IMG/VR virus record: IMGVR_UViG_3300032116_000135 | From: an uncultured virus (IMG/VR IMGVR_UViG_3300032116_000135) | Taxonomy: Duplodnaviria > Heunggongvirae > Uroviricota > Caudoviricetes | Direction: 5' to 3' (one strand) | Length of the DNA: 64,000 nt | Shown: piece by piece, positions 1 to 9,888 of the stretch | How the letters are laid out: each line of letters opens with the position of its first letter | Position numbering within the stretch: position 1 is the first letter of the stretch | The notes under the pieces: generated by a model | The model's database searches: none | What the model saw: the letters and a program-made list of their open reading frames with translations, nothing else | What the model was told of the DNA's origin: nothing | Made by a program: the position numbers and the translations under genes

Positions 1-48
1 GCCATATATGTAAAGTATGGTAAATACACAATAGAAGAAACTCTATAA
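1..48 (+). CDS. 3' end of a truncated CDS (...AIYVKYGKYTIEETL*)
   Basis: Open frame from position 1 to TAA at 46-48, overlapping the next ATG (TAATG coupling). Confidence 0.5.
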   Translation, partial: AIYVKYGKYTIEETL

Positions 49-581
49 TGCCACATCAAATATCAATATCAGCGGTTACCGGAACTCCCCCATATTCAAT
101 CACAATATGTGATGTGACATTAACATATTGTTATTTAGTCACAGGTTCAACAACCATTCCCCCAACATTTATATTTGATGTTCCACCACCATTAGATGTT
201 GCCGATAGTGTTATTGTTAAGGTTACTGATAGTAATGGATGTCAAATATTTTATCCTTATAGTTGTCCTCCAACTCCAACACCCACACCATCATATAGTC
301 CAACCCCTACTCCAACACCAACAGGAACTTGTAGATGTATTCAGATAACAAATACTGGAGCGACAATTGGTTCATTTTATTTTACACAATGTGATGGAAC
401 GGTTACAAGTGTGTTACCAATTAATACGGGAACAACATTATATTATTGTGGGACAAATCCAATTAATGTTTCAGATTGTGACATTTATATTGGTGATAAT
501 TGTATATCAAATAGTTGTATTGCAATTACTCCAACAATATCCACAACACCAACAATGACTCCAACTCCGAGTAGTCCATAA
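48..581 (+). CDS. Cys-rich, Pro/Thr-repeat (mucin-like) protein, probable virion accessory protein
   Basis: 177 aa; two small Cys-rich beta domains linked by PPTPTPTPSYSPTPTPTPT, with a C-terminal TPTISTTPTMTPTPSSP. Confidence 0.7.
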   Translation: MPHQISISAVTGTPPYSITICDVTLTYCYLVTGSTTIPPTFIFDVPPPLDVADSVIVKVTDSNGCQIFYPYSCPPTPTPTPSYSPTPTPTPTGTCRCIQITNTGATIGSFYFTQCDGTVTSVLPINTGTTLYYCGTNPINVSDCDIYIGDNCISNSCIAITPTISTTPTMTPTPSSP

Positions 582-620
582 AAATAATTGTTTTATTATA
601 TCCTTTTATCCCATATTTTT

Positions 621-628
621 TATGTTTG
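621..628 (+). promoter_or_regulatory. Bacteroidota-type -7 promoter box TATGTTTG
   Basis: Exact TAnnTTTG match 12 nt upstream of the ATG at 641; no clear -33 element at canonical spacing. Confidence 0.45.
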
Positions 629-640
629 AGATAAAAATTA

Positions 641-1885
641 ATGTCAACAATTTTTATCCAAATAGCATCATTTAGAGACCCCCAACTCAATCCAACATTG
701 GAGGATATGATTAACAAATCAAAATACCCTCAGAACTTAAGAATTGGGATTTGTAACCAATATAATGTTGAGGATGAATTCACCCTTGAAAATTATAGAA
801 ATGATGACAGATTCAAAATTATTGATGTTTTGGACGTTGATAGTTTGGGTGTATGTTGGGCAAGAAATCAAGTTCAACAATTATATGATAATGAAGACTA
901 TACCCTCCAAATAGATTCTCATATGAGATTTGAACAAGATTGGGATGAAACCTTAATTAATATGATTAAGGACTTACAATCAAAAGGATATTCCAAACCA
1001 TTATTAACAGGATATGTTTCATCATTTGACCCAGACAATGACCCACAAGGTAGAGTTACCGAACCTTGGAGAATGACCTTTGATAGATTCATACCCGAAG
1101 GTGCTGTATTCTTTTTACCTGAAGTAATTCCAGGATGGAGAGAAATGACTAAACCAATACCAGCTAGATTCTACTCAGCCCATTTCTGTTTTACATTAGG
1201 GCAATTCAGTAAAGAAGTTCAACACGACCCCAACTATTATTTTCACGGAGAAGAGATAAGTGTGGGGGTTAGAGCATATACTCACGGATATGATTTATTT
1301 CATCCACATAGAGTTATTATTTGGCACGAGTACACTAGAAAAGGAAGAACTAAACAGTGGGATGTTGATTTAACTTGGTATAAGAAAAATGAATCATCTC
1401 ATCTAAGAAATAGAAAGTTGTTTGGTATGGATGGCGAAGTATTTAATCCAAATGATTTTGGGATTTATGGATTTGGTACTGAAAGAACATTGGAAGATTA
1501 TGAGAAATATGCTGGAATTAAATTCAATATAAGAGGAGTACAACAATATACCTTAGATAAGAAATATCCCCCTAATCCAAGTTATGATAATGATGAAGAT
1601 TACGTCAAAAGTTTTTCAAGTATATTCAAACATTGTATTGATATTCATTTTAGTCAAGTACAAGAAAAGGATTATGATTTTTGGGTGGTAGCTTTCCACA
1701 ATAAAAAAGATGAAACATTATTCAGACAAGACGCTGATGAGAATGAAGTTAATAGAATGTTAAATGATGAGGGGTATTGTAAGGTATGGAGAGAATTCCA
1801 AACCGTTGAGAAACCATCATATTGGGTTGTTTGGCCTCATTCAAAATCAAAGGGGTGGTGTGATAGAATAACTGGAAATTTATAA
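641..1885 (+). CDS. GT60-like polypeptide/hydroxyproline alpha-GlcNAc transferase (Pfam GlcNAc-like)
   Basis: N-terminal TIFIQIASFRDP, GVCWARNQVQQLY, LQIDSHMRF (DSH metal motif), FHGEE and IWHEY motifs typical of the Gnt1/GT60 family. Confidence 0.85.
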   Translation: MSTIFIQIASFRDPQLNPTLEDMINKSKYPQNLRIGICNQYNVEDEFTLENYRNDDRFKIIDVLDVDSLGVCWARNQVQQLYDNEDYTLQIDSHMRFEQDWDETLINMIKDLQSKGYSKPLLTGYVSSFDPDNDPQGRVTEPWRMTFDRFIPEGAVFFLPEVIPGWREMTKPIPARFYSAHFCFTLGQFSKEVQHDPNYYFHGEEISVGVRAYTHGYDLFHPHRVIIWHEYTRKGRTKQWDVDLTWYKKNESSHLRNRKLFGMDGEVFNPNDFGIYGFGTERTLEDYEKYAGIKFNIRGVQQYTLDKKYPPNPSYDNDEDYVKSFSSIFKHCIDIHFSQVQEKDYDFWVVAFHNKKDETLFRQDADENEVNRMLNDEGYCKVWREFQTVEKPSYWVVWPHSKSKGWCDRITGNL

Positions 1886-2598
1886 TGTTCACGGAACGTG
1901 AACAAACAAAAATAATGAACAAGATGTTAAGTATATTGGGATATAAATTAGCGGATATTGGATATTTTATTAATCTTAAAGAAAGTAAAGAAAGACTTAA
2001 TCATGTTAATAACTTGATTAAAAAATATAACATTCAGAACTTGAATAGATTTGAGGCGTTAAATGATGAACTGAAAGTTTATTCATGTACCAAGAGTCAT
2101 TTGAAAATATTTGAGGAATCTTTAAAACAAGATATTGAGATTTTATTTGTTTGTGAAGATGATTTTGATATTGAGGATATCTGTTATTACCCTGGCAAAA
2201 ATATAACGTTTAAAGAAACTTTAGAAAAAGTTTATAGTGATTTACAAACTATAGAATGGGATGTTGTCATGTTTGGATGTAACCCAAAAGAAGAATTAGT
2301 TGAGGTAACAAAAAATTTGGTTAAAGTTACTAAAAGTTCTGGTTCATGGTGTTACATTATAAAAAAAAGAGCATATGAATTTATTTTAAATAATTCAAAT
2401 TATAAAAGAGATTATATTGCTATAGATGATTTTTTACCATTATTAAATCAAAAAGGATTTATAACTCTCACAACTATACCCATGATAGTTAATCATGGTG
2501 TTGGATTTATATCCACTATGCAACCTGGTGAACCTGTAAACTATAATATTTGGATTAGGGGTAATTATGATAATTTTTATTTTGATTTAAAAAAGTAA
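1885..2598 (+). CDS. Glycosyltransferase family 25-like
   Basis: YFINLKESKERL, RFEA, CTKSHLKI and VCEDD motifs; TAATG-coupled to the GT60 gene. Confidence 0.8.
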   Translation: MFTEREQTKIMNKMLSILGYKLADIGYFINLKESKERLNHVNNLIKKYNIQNLNRFEALNDELKVYSCTKSHLKIFEESLKQDIEILFVCEDDFDIEDICYYPGKNITFKETLEKVYSDLQTIEWDVVMFGCNPKEELVEVTKNLVKVTKSSGSWCYIIKKRAYEFILNNSNYKRDYIAIDDFLPLLNQKGFITLTTIPMIVNHGVGFISTMQPGEPVNYNIWIRGNYDNFYFDLKK

Positions 2599-2599
2599 T

Positions 2600-4273
2600 A
2601 TGGGTAAAATAACATTAGTAACAGGATTATGGAATATAGGTAGGGACAACTTAAAAGAAGGGTGGTCAAGATCCTACCAGTATTATTTGGATAAATTCTC
2701 TCAACTATTAGATGTTGAGGAAAATTTAATCATATTTGGAGATCAAGAATTATTAGATTTTGTATTCAAAAAAAGAAAAAGAGAAAACACCCAGTTCATA
2801 TTAAGACATATTAATTGGTTCAAAGAAAATGAATTTTATCCAAAGATTCAAAAGATAAGACAAGACCCCAATTGGTTTAATCAAGTCGGTTGGTTATCAG
2901 ATTCAACTCAAGCAATACTTGAATTCTATAATCCACTTGTTATGTCCAAAGTATTTTTATTACACGATGCAAAAATATTGGACAAATTCAACTCAGAATA
3001 TATGTTTTGGATTGATGCTGGTTTAACAAATACCATTCATCCAGGTTATTTTACCCACGATAAAGTATTAGACAAATTACCAAAATATCTTGGTGATTTT
3101 AATTTTGTTTGTTTCCCTTATGAAGCGTCAACAGAAATTCACGGATTTGACTATAATGAAATGAATAGAATAACCAACTCAAAAATTAATAAGGTTGCAA
3201 GAGGTGGTTTCTTTGGTGGAAAGAAAGAAACAATTGGTGAGATTAATTCAATCTATTATCATCTTCTTAACGATACATTATCCAAAGGATATATGGGGAC
3301 TGAGGAAAGTATTTTCACCCTTATGACTTATCTGTATCCAAATATGATAACTTATTTTGATATTGAGGGAAATGGGTTAATGGGTAAGTTTTTTGAGGAT
3401 TTAAAGAATGATAAGTTAATACCCAAAAAAGAAACAAAAGAATTACCTAAAATAACAAACCATTCAATTGATAAGGTTGGATTGTATGTAATGTCATTTA
3501 ATTCTCCAAATCAATTTGAAACATTGATTAATTCAATGATGGAATATGATAGTGATTTCATAACCAAACCAAAGAAATTCTTATTGGATAATTCAACAGA
3601 TTTAACAACAACCCCAAGATATATTGAGTTATGTGAGCAATATGGATTTGAACATATTAAGAAAGATAATATTGGAATAATGGGTGGGAGGATATTCGTT
3701 GCCGAACATTTTAATGAAACTGATTTAGATTTTTATTATTTCTTTGAGGATGATATGGGGTTCTATCCCAAGAATGAAACTTGTAAAAATGGTTTTAATA
3801 GATATGTTAAAGGTTTGTATAGAAAAAGTTTGGAGATTATTCAAAAAGAAAACTTTGATTTTTTAAAATTAAACTATACTGAATTCTTTGGTGACAATGG
3901 AACACAATGGTCATGGTACAACGTAAGTCAGGATTTCAGACAAAAACATTGGCCGAACAAAACAAAGTTACCAGAATTTGGTTATGATATAGACGCCCCA
4001 AGAACTGAGTTTAAATATATAAAATCACATAAAGGAATTCCTTATGTTGGGGGTGAGATTTATTTATGTAATTGGCCTATTGTATTGAGTAAGGAGGGTA
4101 ATTACAAATGTTACTTGGAGACAAGATGGGGAAGACCTTTTGAACAAACTTTGATGAGTTATTGTTATCAAGAGACAATTAAGGGTAATATTAAACCAGG
4201 TTTATTATTAATCACCCCAACTGAACATAATAGGTTCGAACATTATATTTCCGCATTAAGAAAAGAAAATTAA
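2600..4273 (+). CDS. Two-domain glycosyltransferase: HtrL/YibB-like N-domain plus GT-A-fold C-domain
   Basis: N-domain ITLVTGLWNIGR...SKVFLL...YMFWIDAG...GGFFGG...TEES; C-domain LLDNS...YYFFEDDM. Confidence 0.7.
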   Translation: MGKITLVTGLWNIGRDNLKEGWSRSYQYYLDKFSQLLDVEENLIIFGDQELLDFVFKKRKRENTQFILRHINWFKENEFYPKIQKIRQDPNWFNQVGWLSDSTQAILEFYNPLVMSKVFLLHDAKILDKFNSEYMFWIDAGLTNTIHPGYFTHDKVLDKLPKYLGDFNFVCFPYEASTEIHGFDYNEMNRITNSKINKVARGGFFGGKKETIGEINSIYYHLLNDTLSKGYMGTEESIFTLMTYLYPNMITYFDIEGNGLMGKFFEDLKNDKLIPKKETKELPKITNHSIDKVGLYVMSFNSPNQFETLINSMMEYDSDFITKPKKFLLDNSTDLTTTPRYIELCEQYGFEHIKKDNIGIMGGRIFVAEHFNETDLDFYYFFEDDMGFYPKNETCKNGFNRYVKGLYRKSLEIIQKENFDFLKLNYTEFFGDNGTQWSWYNVSQDFRQKHWPNKTKLPEFGYDIDAPRTEFKYIKSHKGIPYVGGEIYLCNWPIVLSKEGNYKCYLETRWGRPFEQTLMSYCYQETIKGNIKPGLLLITPTEHNRFEHYISALRKEN

Positions 4274-4309
4274 AATCCATTATTCGTTGTATTTATATAG
4301 AAAAATCCG

Positions 4310-4795
4310 ATGGAGTTTAATATCAAGAAAAATGCGACACTTCCGCTTTTAAAATTACAAGTAGTGAAGAACGGAAGATTGGACTACAATAACTTTATGT
4401 CATTGATAGAACAATCTGCTTTATTTTTTTCAATGATTGATATTGAAACTGGTGTACCAAAAATATCCTCAAGACCAGCAGGATTTGTTGAGAAGACAAA
4501 TGTTGATCCAAATGCCGAAACGGAATATTATTTATATTATCAATTTCAAAACAGAGATACAAACAGAGTTGGTAGATATGAAGGACAATTTATGTTGAGG
4601 AGTAGCGATGGAGTACTAATCCTCCCGATTAGAGAAAAATTATTTATAACTGTTCAGGATTCATTCATTGCCGATGATTTAGAATATGATAGTTGTTATA
4701 CCTCAGAATTTCCTTGTTGTATTAATGGCCCTTACACCACAACAACCACTACTGAATGTTGTCCATGTACAACTACTACAACGACAATTCCATAA
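4310..4795 (+). CDS. BppU-like baseplate/virion protein with Cys-flanked poly-Thr tail
   Basis: FNIKKNATLPLL...YQFQNRDTNRVGRYEGQF resembles BppU N-terminal domains; C-terminus CCINGPYTTTTTTECCPCTTTTTTIP. Confidence 0.55.
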   Translation: MEFNIKKNATLPLLKLQVVKNGRLDYNNFMSLIEQSALFFSMIDIETGVPKISSRPAGFVEKTNVDPNAETEYYLYYQFQNRDTNRVGRYEGQFMLRSSDGVLILPIREKLFITVQDSFIADDLEYDSCYTSEFPCCINGPYTTTTTTECCPCTTTTTTIP

Positions 4796-4874
4796 TAAAA
4801 GATTGTTAATCTATTATTTTTTTGGTAAAAGTAAATACTTATAAGTAAATAAACACAAAATAAAAAAACTTAAT

Positions 4875-6554
4875 ATGCCATTAAAAGTAGATAGATTAGT
4901 CGCAAATATAGTTGATGCAATACAAATCCAAAAAAATGGACTCCCATTATCTTGTATTCCAATAACAAATAACGAATTAAATAATTTAATTAGTATAAAC
5001 GATTTAACTTGTGGTTCTTATTATTCAATTACCGATTATCAAACTTGTTATGATAGACCAGATTATGACAAATACAAAAACCCAATTGCGGTATCTAGTT
5101 CTTCATATGTAACAGGTGTAACTGAACCAATCATTGTTTTAGCAACATCAAGTAATACTTTAGCGGTTGACGCTTACCAACCAAGTTATCCGAATGATAA
5201 GATTAAGTATGATGTAACATATACTATAACTGAATCAGGTAATCCTGCATTTGGTAGAATTACTGAAAGAATTGATGAATTTGGAAATCGTACAGATTAT
5301 GATCATAGAAATATCACTTTCAAAAGATACCTATTAAGAACTTATGATAGATTAAGTCCTCTTCAAGGAACTGTTGAATTACAAGGAGATGGTACAGTAG
5401 TTGGTACATTAACAAATTTTACTTCACTTAGTTCAGGACAAATTATAGCTATCAGAAATAGCAATGAAACATTTTATGAAATTGTTAGTATTTCAGACGA
5501 TACCTCAATGATTGTAACAGGAGAAACAGTTACAGCAACAGGTGGTGGGTTTCAATTTTTCAATGCAAATTCCCATAGTTATGATAGTTATTATCCAAAT
5601 AATATTGATGGTCAAAGTGATTTTAATCTTTATAATACATTTGAAGCAATAACTATTGATGGTTGTATTAACACTTACATTGGAGATCATTCAAAATATT
5701 ATTTAAATGAAGGTATTGGAGATTTCTTATTGGCAAATAATGTTCTCAAAGATGGTCGTTATGAAAATAATACCATCGGTGATAGTTCTTATAATAACAC
5801 CTTTAATGATGACTGTACAGCTAATCAAATAGGTTATGGGTTTAGAAATAATATTACAGATGATGACTTTGATGAAAACGTAATTGGGACTTTTTTTGAA
5901 AATAACATCATTACATCAAATTTTTATGACAATCATATTGGTAATGATTTTAACGATAATATTATTATTTGTAGTAGTTTTTGGAGAAATCAGGTTGGAA
6001 ATGATTTTAGAAGTAATTGGTTAGATGGTAATTGGGGTTTTGATTTCCAAAATAATCAAATTGGAAACCAATTTAATAATAACGAAATTTATAAAGAATT
6101 TATAAAAAATGTTATTCTAAATGGTTATAATCAAAATAATACTTGGGACGCCGTAGAAGGCAATAAAATAGGTAACGGATTCAATGAAAATCAAATCTAT
6201 GCACCTTTTAGAGATAATATAATAAACGAATATTTTGAGAATAATACAATTGGTGATTCGTTAAATATTGGTTCAGGTAGTTTTTATGATAATAATATAG
6301 GTAACAACTTTGTTAATAATACTATTACAGGGTCTTGTTTTGACAACATAATTGGGGATAGCTTTGTTTCAAACATAATAGGTAACGATTTTAGATACAA
6401 TCAAATATTATACCCAGTGTCTGGATCTAATTTTTTAACTGCAACACATGTATATGCTGATTATAATTGTAAAATTATAAAATCGGATGACTCTAATTTA
6501 TACTTGGAATATTTGGCGGTAACAACACCTACATATGTTTCAATAACCGCTTAA
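4875..6554 (+). CDS. Asn-rich beta-helix repeat protein (putative fibre/receptor-binding protein)
   Basis: 559 aa; C-terminal half made of ~11-aa N-x-I-G-N-x-F-x-x-N repeats. Confidence 0.6.
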   Translation: MPLKVDRLVANIVDAIQIQKNGLPLSCIPITNNELNNLISINDLTCGSYYSITDYQTCYDRPDYDKYKNPIAVSSSSYVTGVTEPIIVLATSSNTLAVDAYQPSYPNDKIKYDVTYTITESGNPAFGRITERIDEFGNRTDYDHRNITFKRYLLRTYDRLSPLQGTVELQGDGTVVGTLTNFTSLSSGQIIAIRNSNETFYEIVSISDDTSMIVTGETVTATGGGFQFFNANSHSYDSYYPNNIDGQSDFNLYNTFEAITIDGCINTYIGDHSKYYLNEGIGDFLLANNVLKDGRYENNTIGDSSYNNTFNDDCTANQIGYGFRNNITDDDFDENVIGTFFENNIITSNFYDNHIGNDFNDNIIICSSFWRNQVGNDFRSNWLDGNWGFDFQNNQIGNQFNNNEIYKEFIKNVILNGYNQNNTWDAVEGNKIGNGFNENQIYAPFRDNIINEYFENNTIGDSLNIGSGSFYDNNIGNNFVNNTITGSCFDNIIGDSFVSNIIGNDFRYNQILYPVSGSNFLTATHVYADYNCKIIKSDDSNLYLEYLAVTTPTYVSITA

Positions 6555-6574
6555 ATAGTTTATTTAATATTAAG

Positions 6575-6609
6575 AGTTGGTGGTATTAATTTATCACCAA
6601 CTTTTTTTT
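6575..6609 (+). terminator. Intrinsic terminator
   Basis: AGTTGGTG...CACCAACT stem followed by a T run. Confidence 0.8.
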
Positions 6610-6638
6610 GACTTAACCCCATCGTCATACTATATTTA
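6607..6638 (+). promoter_or_regulatory. Host-RNAP-type promoter of the DNA polymerase gene
   Basis: TTGACT-17nt-TATATT; equally readable as Bacteroidota TTTG-20nt-TATATTTA. Confidence 0.55.
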
Positions 6639-6700
6639 TAAGGATAAGGTAAATGTCATTTCATATGACAGCTAATATACTAAAACTTAAAAATATAAAA

Positions 6701-9499
6701 ATGATAACACCAGAAGAAATCGAAAGTTTCCTCCACGGAAACGACCCAGAAGAACACATAGTCGCAATAGAATATGATTGGGCTTCAGAAAACATCTTTA
6801 AGATTAAAGAAATCCCCGGTAAAGGAAAAGAAATTAGAAAGGATACATTCACCCCATTCGCTTGGGTTGGTGATTTACACGGACTTAATTTCTACAAATC
6901 GTCCAAAGCATCACAAAAAGAAGCAATGACCAAACACGGAATCCTAATTGAGAAATTGGATACTGGTGGTAATGAAAGACTTGAGAAAGGTCTTAAGTTT
7001 ATGGTTAAATCTTTAAAGGGTTATAGGAATTTAATTCAATTCTTTAAAGAAGGTGGAATTGATCCATATGGTGAAAAGACCAAAGACTACTTCTTAATTC
7101 CCCCACCTGTTGAACAATATCTAATCCAAAAGGAAAAGAGATTGTTTAAGGGTTATGAGGAATATAATGACATTACAAGATTAGGATTCGACTTAGAAAC
7201 TACCTCTTTAGAACCAAAAGATGGTAGAATCTTTATGATTGGAATTAAAACAAATAAAGGATTACAGAAAGTAATTGAATGTGCAACTGAAGACCAAGAA
7301 CGAGCAGGTCTTGTTGAGTTCTTCAGAACAATTGATGAAGTTAAACCATCAATCATTGGTGGGTATAATTCATTTAACTTTGACTGGTATTGGATTATGG
7401 AAAGATGTAAGGCGTTACATTTGGATATTAAAAAGATATGTAGAACTCTACATCCTGAATACAATATCAAACAAACAAAAGGTATGTTAAAACTAGCCAA
7501 TGAGATGGAAGAATATAATCAAATTGGTATGTGGGGATATAATGTTATTGATATTCTACACTCAGTTAGACGAGCTCAAGCAATCAATTCGAGCATTAAA
7601 TCTGCCGGTCTTAAATACATTACCCAATATATTAATGCTGAAGCTCCTGATCGTGTTTATATTGACCACAACAAAATTGGTTCAATGTATGCAAATAAAG
7701 AAGAATATTGGTTGAATGTCCAAAATGGAAAATATAAGAAAGCTGATAACCCCCAATTCAATAACTTAGATAAAAAATATCCTAGTGTTTATATTAAAAC
7801 AACTGGGGACAATATTGTTGAGAGATATTTGGATGATGACTTGGAGGAAACCTTGAAGGTGGATGAGGAATTCAATCAAGGTACATTTATGTTGGCATCA
7901 ATGATTCCTACAACATATGAAAGAGTTTCCACCATGGGGACAGCAACTTTGTGGAAGATGCTAATGATGGCTTGGTCTTATAAGTATAAATTAGCGATAC
8001 CCCAAAAAGAACAAAAGAAAGATTTCGTTGGTGGATTATCAAGATTGTTGAGAGTGGGTTATTCCAAGGATGTGCTGAAACTTGACTATTCATCTCTATA
8101 TCCATCCATTCAATTGGTTCACGATGTATTCCCTGATTGTGATATTATGGGGGCAATGAAAGGTATGTTATCTTATTTTAGAAACTCTCGTATCAAGTAT
8201 AAAAACTTAGCCGCTGAGTGGTATGATAAAGATAAAAAGAAATCATTATCCTACGATAGAAAACAATTACCAATTAAGATATTCATTAACTCGATGTTCG
8301 GTGCGTTATCAGCACCACAAGTGTTTGCGTGGGGTGATATGTATATGGGTGAACAGATTACTTGTACGGGGAGACAATATCTTAGACAGATGTTAAAGTT
8401 CTTTATGAAGAGGGGTTACACCGCGTTGGTATGTGACACGGATGGTATGAACTTCTCATTACCTGAAGGTGGTGTAGATGATAGGGTTTATATTGGTAAA
8501 GGTCTTAATTGGAAAGTTAAGAAAGGAAAAGAATACAAAGGTTATGACGCTGATGTTGCCGAGTTTAACGATACCTTTATGAAGGGTGAAATGGCATTAG
8601 ATTGTGATGGAACTTGGAAATCTTGTATTAATCTTGCTCGTAAGAACTACGCCACAATGGAACATAATGGTAAAATCAAATTGACTGGTAATTCAATCAA
8701 ATCAAAGAAACTTCCATTATACATTGAGGAATATTTGGATAAAGCAATTAGATTGTTATTGGAAGGTGAGGGACAAAAGTTTGTGGAGTGGTATTATGAA
8801 TATCTTACCAAGATATATAATAAAGAAATTCCCCTACTTAAAATTGCTCAAAGAGCTAAGGTTAAGTTAAGTATTAAGGATTATATTGAACGTTCCAAAC
8901 AAACAACCAAATCAGGTGGAGCGATGTCTAGAATGGCTCATATGGAATTGGCAATGAAACATAATCTAAAGGTGAACCTTGGTGAGGTAATCTATTATGT
9001 AAATAATGGGGTTAAGGCAAGTCATGGAGATGTACAAAAAATTAATAAACCAAAGAAAGGTTGGTCTCAACAAGATTTAGATAATTTTATGGAGGGTTAT
9101 GGAAAAATACCACCAGAATCTGTTGATTCTTACGTACAACTAAATTGTTATATGTTAGACCCAAATGATGTTGAAAACAATCCTGATATGTTGGGTGATT
9201 ATAATGTTGCAAGGGCAATAACAACATTTAACAATCGTATTGAACCTTTGCTAGTCGTATTCAAACAAGATGTTAGAGATACGTTAATTGTTGATAATCC
9301 TGAGAAAAGACAATTTTATACACAACAACAATGTGAATTGATTAATGGAGTTCCATTTGAGGAAAAAGACCAAGACAGAATCAAAGAGGATTTGTTGGAT
9401 TTAGAACCAAAGGAAATTGACTATTGGAACAAGAGAGGAATTGACCCCAACTATATTTACGATTTGGCGGAAGAAGGATGGGAACAATATATTGATTAA
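6701..9499 (+). CDS. polB: Family B DNA polymerase
   Basis: Exo I FDLETT, Exo II GYNSFNFD, motif A DYSSLYPS, motif B KIFINSMFG, motif C CDTDG; start at 6701 preferred over 6653 (A-rich leader, promoter position). Confidence 0.95.
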   Translation: MITPEEIESFLHGNDPEEHIVAIEYDWASENIFKIKEIPGKGKEIRKDTFTPFAWVGDLHGLNFYKSSKASQKEAMTKHGILIEKLDTGGNERLEKGLKFMVKSLKGYRNLIQFFKEGGIDPYGEKTKDYFLIPPPVEQYLIQKEKRLFKGYEEYNDITRLGFDLETTSLEPKDGRIFMIGIKTNKGLQKVIECATEDQERAGLVEFFRTIDEVKPSIIGGYNSFNFDWYWIMERCKALHLDIKKICRTLHPEYNIKQTKGMLKLANEMEEYNQIGMWGYNVIDILHSVRRAQAINSSIKSAGLKYITQYINAEAPDRVYIDHNKIGSMYANKEEYWLNVQNGKYKKADNPQFNNLDKKYPSVYIKTTGDNIVERYLDDDLEETLKVDEEFNQGTFMLASMIPTTYERVSTMGTATLWKMLMMAWSYKYKLAIPQKEQKKDFVGGLSRLLRVGYSKDVLKLDYSSLYPSIQLVHDVFPDCDIMGAMKGMLSYFRNSRIKYKNLAAEWYDKDKKKSLSYDRKQLPIKIFINSMFGALSAPQVFAWGDMYMGEQITCTGRQYLRQMLKFFMKRGYTALVCDTDGMNFSLPEGGVDDRVYIGKGLNWKVKKGKEYKGYDADVAEFNDTFMKGEMALDCDGTWKSCINLARKNYATMEHNGKIKLTGNSIKSKKLPLYIEEYLDKAIRLLLEGEGQKFVEWYYEYLTKIYNKEIPLLKIAQRAKVKLSIKDYIERSKQTTKSGGAMSRMAHMELAMKHNLKVNLGEVIYYVNNGVKASHGDVQKINKPKKGWSQQDLDNFMEGYGKIPPESVDSYVQLNCYMLDPNDVENNPDMLGDYNVARAITTFNNRIEPLLVVFKQDVRDTLIVDNPEKRQFYTQQQCELINGVPFEEKDQDRIKEDLLDLEPKEIDYWNKRGIDPNYIYDLAEEGWEQYID

Positions 9500-9504
9500 A
9501 AAAA

Positions 9505-9528
9505 GAACCCCACTCAAAAGGTGGGGTT
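9505..9528. terminator. Hairpin, likely bidirectional terminator between convergent genes
   Basis: AACCCCAC...GTGGGGTT stem with an A run on the left side. Confidence 0.75.
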
Positions 9529-9534
9529 AATTAT

Positions 9535-9888
9535 TTAATCTAGTTTCATACCATCGGAGGATATTATATACCAACTACCATCAACATTTTCCAATTCTAT
9601 ACAAGCTCCATTTTCAATTTCAACTTCCGTATATAAATCATCAATTAATGAATCCTCGGTTTTTATAACAACCTTGGTTAATACTTTTATTTTAATTGAT
9701 TCTGTGGTATTTCTATTTAAAATCAATTCACAAGATTCAACATTTTTAATGACAATTAGATATTCTCCATTTGTATTATAATAGGGAACATCAACTATCT
9801 TTTTTATTTTGATAGGAGAAGTGATATTATTTACGTATCTAACACTTTTACTTATTTCACCAATTTTCTTTTTAATTATTTCACTCAT
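9535..9888 (-). CDS. Hypothetical small beta-rich protein, probably virion-associated
   Basis: 117 aa ORF coupled to the neck gene; C-terminal IELENVDGSWYII pattern resembles fibre-type beta domains. Confidence 0.55.
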   Translation of the reverse strand: MSEIIKKKIGEISKSVRYVNNITSPIKIKKIVDVPYYNTNGEYLIVIKNVESCELILNRNTTESIKIKVLTKVVIKTEDSLIDDLYTEVEIENGACIELENVDGSWYIISSDGMKLD

